A DNA stretch of 64,000 nucleotides, taken from Planctomycetota bacterium (GTDB lineage Bacteria; Planctomycetota; UBA8108; SXIK01). The notes under the pieces were generated by a model. It was given only the letters and a program-made list of their open reading frames with translations, ran no database searches and was not told the DNA's origin. The stretch lies in contig OZ244999.1 of the NCBI GenBank assembly GCA_965223265.1, forward strand, positions 1,152,001 to 1,216,000, read 5' to 3'. This document shows positions 58,436 through 64,000 of this stretch, piece after piece; position 1 is the stretch's first letter, and every line of letters starts with the position of its first letter. The position numbers and the translations under genes were made by a program.

Positions 58436-61400
58436 CTATTTCCCGGCTTGAACTCCATCGTCTGAGGGTCGGATCTCGATGGCAGAGACGCTCGCCAGCC
58501 AGTTCGCGGGCCGAAGTACGATGTTGAGTGATCCGTCGTCGACCTCGACTCGATACGTCTTTGTATGAGCGACACGCATTCCCGCTGACAGCGGCTCGTA
58601 GGCTGCCTCGACGATCTTGCCTTCGAGCTCGATGTCGAAACGACACGGATGCGGATTCAAACCCGTTTCCAGGAAATAGAGAGACACGTCATACTCGCCG
58701 CAGGGCAGCGGGATGCGGTAGCCGGGCTTCAACCAGTAGTCTTGGAAGAAAAACCGCAAGCTCGCAAAGAGCCAGGGATCTTCCGTTCCCTCAATCGGCG
58801 GAAAGAAGCGCCAGTCACTCCGCCCGCCGTCCGCGAAGCCGTCTCCGCGTTCCCAGATGCGGCCCTCGGAGTCTTCGTACCTTCCGCGTCCACAGTTGAG
58901 GCGGAGAGCCCCATCCTCTCTGAGCTTGTTCAGAATCCTCTCGACCTCGCGCGCAGAGGCGCTCTTATGTTCCGCGGCCAAGATCGGACGCCTTAAGAGT
59001 GCTTCGGCGGACCAGGTGCGATCCGCTGTGGCGGTCGCAAGCCATGTCTCCCAGACGACCAAAGACTCCTTCGGGTGCTTCAGGACGTAGCGCTCAAGAC
59101 ACGCGAGCGCCTCATCGCCGCGGCCAGCTTTCATAAGAACTTTAGCCAGTCGGACGTGTGCTGCTTCATCTTCAAGGTCGAACTCGTCGAGGAGAGTCTC
59201 GAGCTGTTTGCCGGCCGCGACGACGTTCCCGGCCTGCTCGAGAAGACGAGCTTCAAGGTACGCCGTCAAGTGCGGATCCTGCAGGGTGAGGCTTTCACGG
59301 ACTTCTCTGAACGCGTGACTCCTTGGCGCGAGGGCGAGCCTGTCGACAAAGGCGTCGACGGATCGGCAGGAGGCCATTCGGGGGAACAGCGCTATTCGGT
59401 AGGTGGTCAGTTGTTCAGAAAGTCCTCGGTGGCGCTGGCCGCACTCTAGCCCCGACTCGACGGCGCGCACGGCTTCCGAAAGTTCACCTCGTGCGAAGTG
59501 CACTTCGGCTAAGCGACTGAACGCTTCAGCTCTGTAACTGAGGGGCGATCGGTCCACTGCCGCCCGGGCGAGCTCCAGCGCCTCGTCCAGATCCGGTTGC
59601 CGCCGGTAGAGCGCTGCCAGCGCGTGGAATCCAAGCCCGCGGCTGCGAATCACTCCACGATTCGCCGCAAGCTGAAACGTCTCGCTCAGCCGATCCCAGT
59701 GCCCGGCGAAATCTTCCTTGGTCGACAGGGCATAAATCTCACTGAGAGTCCGGCCGCCGCGACCGCGGAAAAGAGCCAACGCCTCGACTGCGTCCGACAC
59801 GGCACCGTCCATGTCGTTCGTCCGTGATCGTATGAAAGCGCGTGCGTCATAGATACCTCCGTTTCGCGGACTCCTCGCGATCGCGCGGTCAAGAGAAGCG
59901 AGCGCCTCCTGAGTTTCACCGAGACGGTAGTGACACCACGCGGAGGCGATCAACGCACGTCGATCTTTGGGTTTCCGACGCACGCGAGCAAGGAGCTCTT
60001 CAAGGCGACCACGGCGGTAAGCCACTGGACCGTCTAGCAATGCAGTCAGGGCGCGGTCCCCTGGAAACTCTTGGAGGCCCTGGCGCAATAGCTGCTCCGC
60101 TTGGTCAATTCGTTGTCTTTCGATGGAAGAGAAAGCCATGGCCACATAGATCGCGGGCTCGCGGGTCCCCGCTTCCAAGGCCACACGGCCGGACTCGATG
60201 GCCTCTCTGTGTCTTCCTGCCCGGTGAAGAAACGTCGCCTCCATGCGTAACCTTGTCGATGAAGGGAGCGATGCGACGAGTGAGAGTGCGTACTCTTTGT
60301 CACCGCGCTGAAGGCACACGTCCAGCACAGCGAGAGCGTCGTTCGGCGCTGAAAACCCGGCGAGTGTCTCCTCAAGCGTACGGCGCGCCTCCTCTGGCGC
60401 TTCGAGTTGGTAGTACTGCTCGGCAACCAGGAGATGCGTCGCGATGACGTCGGGCGCCATCCTCCGCGCCTCGAGAAAGTCCTCCAGAGCCGCCAGGTGT
60501 CGGCCCAGCCGCACGCGGACTCGACCTCGCTTGAGGAGATGCTCGAAGCGGAACCCACGATAGGGTTCCACAGTCGCGCTTTGATCGAGGAGCTCACCAC
60601 AGAGACGCTCCAACTCCTCCCAGTTTGATTCGAGCGCAGTGAGGTGGCTCTCGATCCAGAGCCGCTGCCAGCGGGCGTCGACACCACGGAGAAGCGTCTC
60701 GAAAGAGTCCCGCGTCGCGTCACCCTCCACCGCACGACCAACGTGGCGCGCTTTGTGGACGAGGGCCGGAATGAAGAACGGCGAACTCTGTAGAGCATGG
60801 TCAAGCGCTGAGAGCGCAGCGTCTTCTTCGCCGAGAGTCAGCCAGCCCCGGCTGAGGTGCAGCCACGCTTCCGGACGATCTGGGCGGACCTCGGCCGCCT
60901 CCTCCAGGCGCGCGACCGCAGACTCATGAATTGAGGTCTGAGGAACCCGCTCGCCGAACCATCCGCTCAGTCGAAACGAATCAGCGAGTCCCAAAGAGAG
61001 CTTCTCCCCCTCGTCGAGCTCGCCGGGCACGCTCTCGAAGCCGATCTCCAACCCCGCCATGCCCTCAACGAGCAGACGATCGTAACGCCAGTCTCGTTCC
61101 TGCACCGCTTGCCGCCAGAACGACAGGAGAGTCGTCGCTCCGAGGACAAAGACAGCCAGGGAGAGCGCGATGAGAGTGACGCGCATGCGATTCTGAACGA
61201 AGCGTCGTCGCATGGCGTCAAATCTGGACGGCGGTCGCGCTTCAATGACATCCCCGCGCACAAACCGCTGAAGATCCTGTGTCAGCGCCTCGGCGGTACC
61301 ATACCGGTCGCGTGCACTCTTGCAGAGACACTTGAGCACGATCGTCTCGAGGTCTTTCGGTATCCCCGGACTCAACCGACTTGGGGATGTCGGTTCCCGT

Positions 61401-62704
61401 TCAGTGACGGCGTCTGCGACAGCGTGTCAGCGTGATTCTTGCCGTGAAACGGTGGATGGCCGGTCACGGTCTCGTACATCACCGCGCCGACCGAGTACAC
61501 GTCCGTACGGTGGTCGATGGGGATCCTCTTTGCCTGGGCCTGCTCCGGGCTCATGTAGGATGGCGTGCCGACGATCTCGCCGGTGATCGTTAGACTCTCC
61601 TGGCCCTCCAGTCGAGCGAGTCCGAAGTCGAGGACGCGTAGGCGGCAGCCGTGGCTTCCGGCGTCGTCCGCCTTGGCGCTGCCTCCACCTGCTTCGAGGT
61701 TCACCCTTCCGTCGAGTTCGGGATCGAGGACTATGTTGGAGGGTTTGATGTCGCGGTGGACAACACCCTTGGAGTGCGCATGCTGGAGCCCATCGCTTAC
61801 GTCGGCGAACGCCGCTGCTATGGAACGGTAGAAGCGAAGATCGTTCTTCGGACCAAACTCGGTCTCTGCGCCGGGCACCGCTTCTCGAATCGTCGTGAGG
61901 ACCTGCGCCAGCGTCTGCCCCTCGACGTACTCCATGCTGTAGTACGGTGTATCAGTTTCGACCCCCATGCCGTACACTGGAACTATATTCGCGTGACTCA
62001 GCCGGGCGGCAGTTTTTGCCTCACGCACAAAACGTGTCATGGCTTTGGTGTCCGCCGCGAAACCGGGTGGAAGTACTTTTACCGCTACCCGCCGATCCAC
62101 CGAGTTTTGCCAAGCCTCGTACACGACCCCCATGCCACCGCGTCCGACTTCACGGCGCAGTGTGTAGTCTCCCAGTCGCCCGCGAGCGGGCGGCGTAGGG
62201 CTGCTGCCCCTCGACGTACTCCATGCTGTAGTACGGTGTATCAGTTTCGACCCCCATGCCGTACACTGGAACTATATTCGCGTGACTCAGCCGGGCGGCA
62301 GTTTTTGCCTCACGCACAAAACGTGTCATGGCTTTGGTGTCCGCCGCGAAACCGGGTGGAAGTACTTTTACCGCTACCCGCCGATCCACCGAGTTTTGCC
62401 AAGCCTCGTACACGACCCCCATGCCACCGCGTCCGACTTCACGGCGCAGTGTGTAGTCTCCCAGTCGCCCGCGAGCGGGCGGCGTAGGGCTGCTTCCGTT
62501 CAAGCGCTCAAACGTTCGAAGGCGTTTGACGATCTGGGGGCCGAGGTGCGGCTCTTCTGCCAAGAGCCGTTGGTCGTCGATCGACTCTCCCGCGCTCAGA
62601 CGGTCGACGTAGACGGCGACCAACTCCGCCAGACGGCGGTCGTCCTGGCGATCGTCGATGCGACCCTCGTCCCCGGTCCCAAGAGAGGATCGCTCACTGG
62701 CCAT
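58436..62704 (-). pseudogene. Ser/Thr kinase with TM helix, TPRs and a C-terminal malectin-like domain, broken by two lesions
   Basis: GRGGMG, HRDIKPSN, DFGLA and YMSPEQ are spread over three ORFs. There is a 289-bp duplication and a frameshift near 61409-61413. The tail reads LNCGRGRYEDSEGRIW...YRIPLPCGEYDVSLYFLE...VSAIEI. Confidence 0.85.
61915..62492. repeat. Perfect 289-bp tandem duplication
   Basis: 61915-62203 appears identical to 62204-62492, with 2-bp CT microhomology at the junction. Confidence 0.93.
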
Positions 62705-63311
62705 GGCGCTCTCCTTCCTGAACATCGAGCCGGCGGTCCGGCAAGTGTAGGCTGTCGGTATCCCCGAAGGCGTGCTTGAGCCGATCGAGAGCCCGCAGTA
62801 GCTGCTGCGACACCGCAGCCGGACTGCGGCCGGTTCGCCGCGCGATCTCCTTGACGGGGACTCGCTCGATTCTTGCCATCAGGATCACCTGGCGGTGTTC
62901 GGGGCTGAGGGCATTGAGCGCAGTCTCCAGCCGGTCGAATCGCTCCTCGCGGCGCAGCCCTTGGCTTGGCGTGGCTTGCGGCGCCGAGACTTCCTTATCC
63001 AGGTGCACTTCCCCTCTTCGTTTTCTCAGGCTGGCCGCTTCGCGGAGAACGTTGAGCGCGATCCCGCAGAGCCAACCAAAGACCGCCCTCTCGTCCTTCC
63101 ACTCGACCCGCGCGAGTCCTCTAAACGCCCGGCAAGAGGTTTCCTGGAGGACGTCGTGCGCATCGACCAGCGGCTGCAACGCTTCACCGAGGCGCGAGCG
63201 AACGAATGCGCGCAGACGCGCGTCGTACTGACCTAAGAGCTCGTCGACCGCGGCACGGTCGCCGCGCTGCGCCTTCCTGAGTAGAGCTTGCATGGGTTGC
63301 TCGGAGGTCAT
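62694..63311 (-). CDS. ECF RNA polymerase sigma-70 factor
   Basis: GDRAAVDELL, DVLQET, TPSQGLRREERFDRL and HRQVILMARIE...EIA. It overlaps the kinase start. Confidence 0.9.
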   Translation of the reverse strand: MTSEQPMQALLRKAQRGDRAAVDELLGQYDARLRAFVRSRLGEALQPLVDAHDVLQETSCRAFRGLARVEWKDERAVFGWLCGIALNVLREAASLRKRRGEVHLDKEVSAPQATPSQGLRREERFDRLETALNALSPEHRQVILMARIERVPVKEIARRTGRSPAAVSQQLLRALDRLKHAFGDTDSLHLPDRRLDVQEGERHGQ

Positions 63312-63607
63312 TCTTCACGCTCCGCAAGGTAATGAAAGAGCGCCGCGACATCTAACGCGAAAAAATTGAGAGATTTGACGTCACCGATCGACTCGATGAT
63401 ATCTCGGCAGCAGCCCATCAACACGACGTTTCACGTGCTGACGGAGGCCGTAGGTCTCTCAGCTGCGGATTCCGCGAACGCTTCTTTTCGAAATGCTGCG
63501 TTGGATTCCGCCGCGCTGATTCATGACTCAGCGGAACGAAAGCCAAACATGGCTTTCGCGATGCGATCCGATGTCATTGTTTACCTGGAGACACAGGAGC
63601 CGAACCG

Positions 63608-64000
63608 TTGCTACGAGATCGAGAGTCCGCTTCACTTCGTCGATTCCGGTTTGGGCTTTTGATCGCTGCTGGAGCTTGCGTCGTCGGGTGGACCGGAGAT
63701 GGCCAAGGAGCCTCGCTGCGACGACTGACCGAGATTCCCGGTGTCGAGACGGCGTTTCCGGTGGACCAGGACTTTGGAATTGAGCCAGCATTCGTCGCCG
63801 TTGGCGAGAGACTCTTTTTCTGGGCCCTATTGGGTCCCGAAGGCGGCCACGGTAACACAGGCCTCTACGTGACCGACGGGACAAGCAAAGGCACTCAAGT
63901 CCTGCGGGAGTTCCGAGCGCCGTGGTCGTCGCCGCATGGATGGTCGACTCCCCAGGAGCTCACGGCGTTCGGCAACCGCCTGTTCTTCTCGGCCTCGGAT
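63608..64000 (+). CDS. Secreted ELWxxDGT-repeat protein, 3'-partial (not in the ORF track)
   Basis: AGGAG then TTG at 63608, a signal peptide, and VGERLFFWA...GLYVTDGTSKGT...PQELTAFGNRLFFSASD open to the window end. Confidence 0.75.
   Translation, partial: MLRDRESASLRRFRFGLLIAAGACVVGWTGDGQGASLRRLTEIPGVETAFPVDQDFGIEPAFVAVGERLFFWALLGPEGGHGNTGLYVTDGTSKGTQVLREFRAPWSSPHGWSTPQELTAFGNRLFFSASD

Overview
This is GC-rich bacterial DNA, most likely from a Planctomycetota genome. The evidence is DUF1549/1553-DUF1501 and DUF1592-DUF1552 pairs, a PVC-type heme protein, two ECF sigma/Ser-Thr kinase pairs, M56 peptidases and a Cys-rich dockerin-like tail. The first 12 kb is the most notable part. It holds the 3' end of a respiratory nitrate reductase operon (narI), a NarK nitrate/nitrite transporter, alternative complex III (actABCDEF) with no oxidase genes after it, and a second nitrate transporter fused in frame to a DoxX domain. 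The ActB subunit keeps an intact CX2CX3CX27C iron-sulfur motif. The rest of the window is accessory DNA with much recent gene damage. A 159-bp hairpin MITE splits an M48 peptidase, an ISKra4/ISLre2-like IS splits a YfbM gene, and a 289-bp tandem duplication plus a frameshift breaks a malectin-kinase. There is also an internally deleted copy of an oxidoreductase gene and a junction of three gene fragments. Tandem BlaI-type operators are visible. I saw no rRNA, tRNA or CRISPR array. All family calls come from motifs recognised by eye; no database searches were run.
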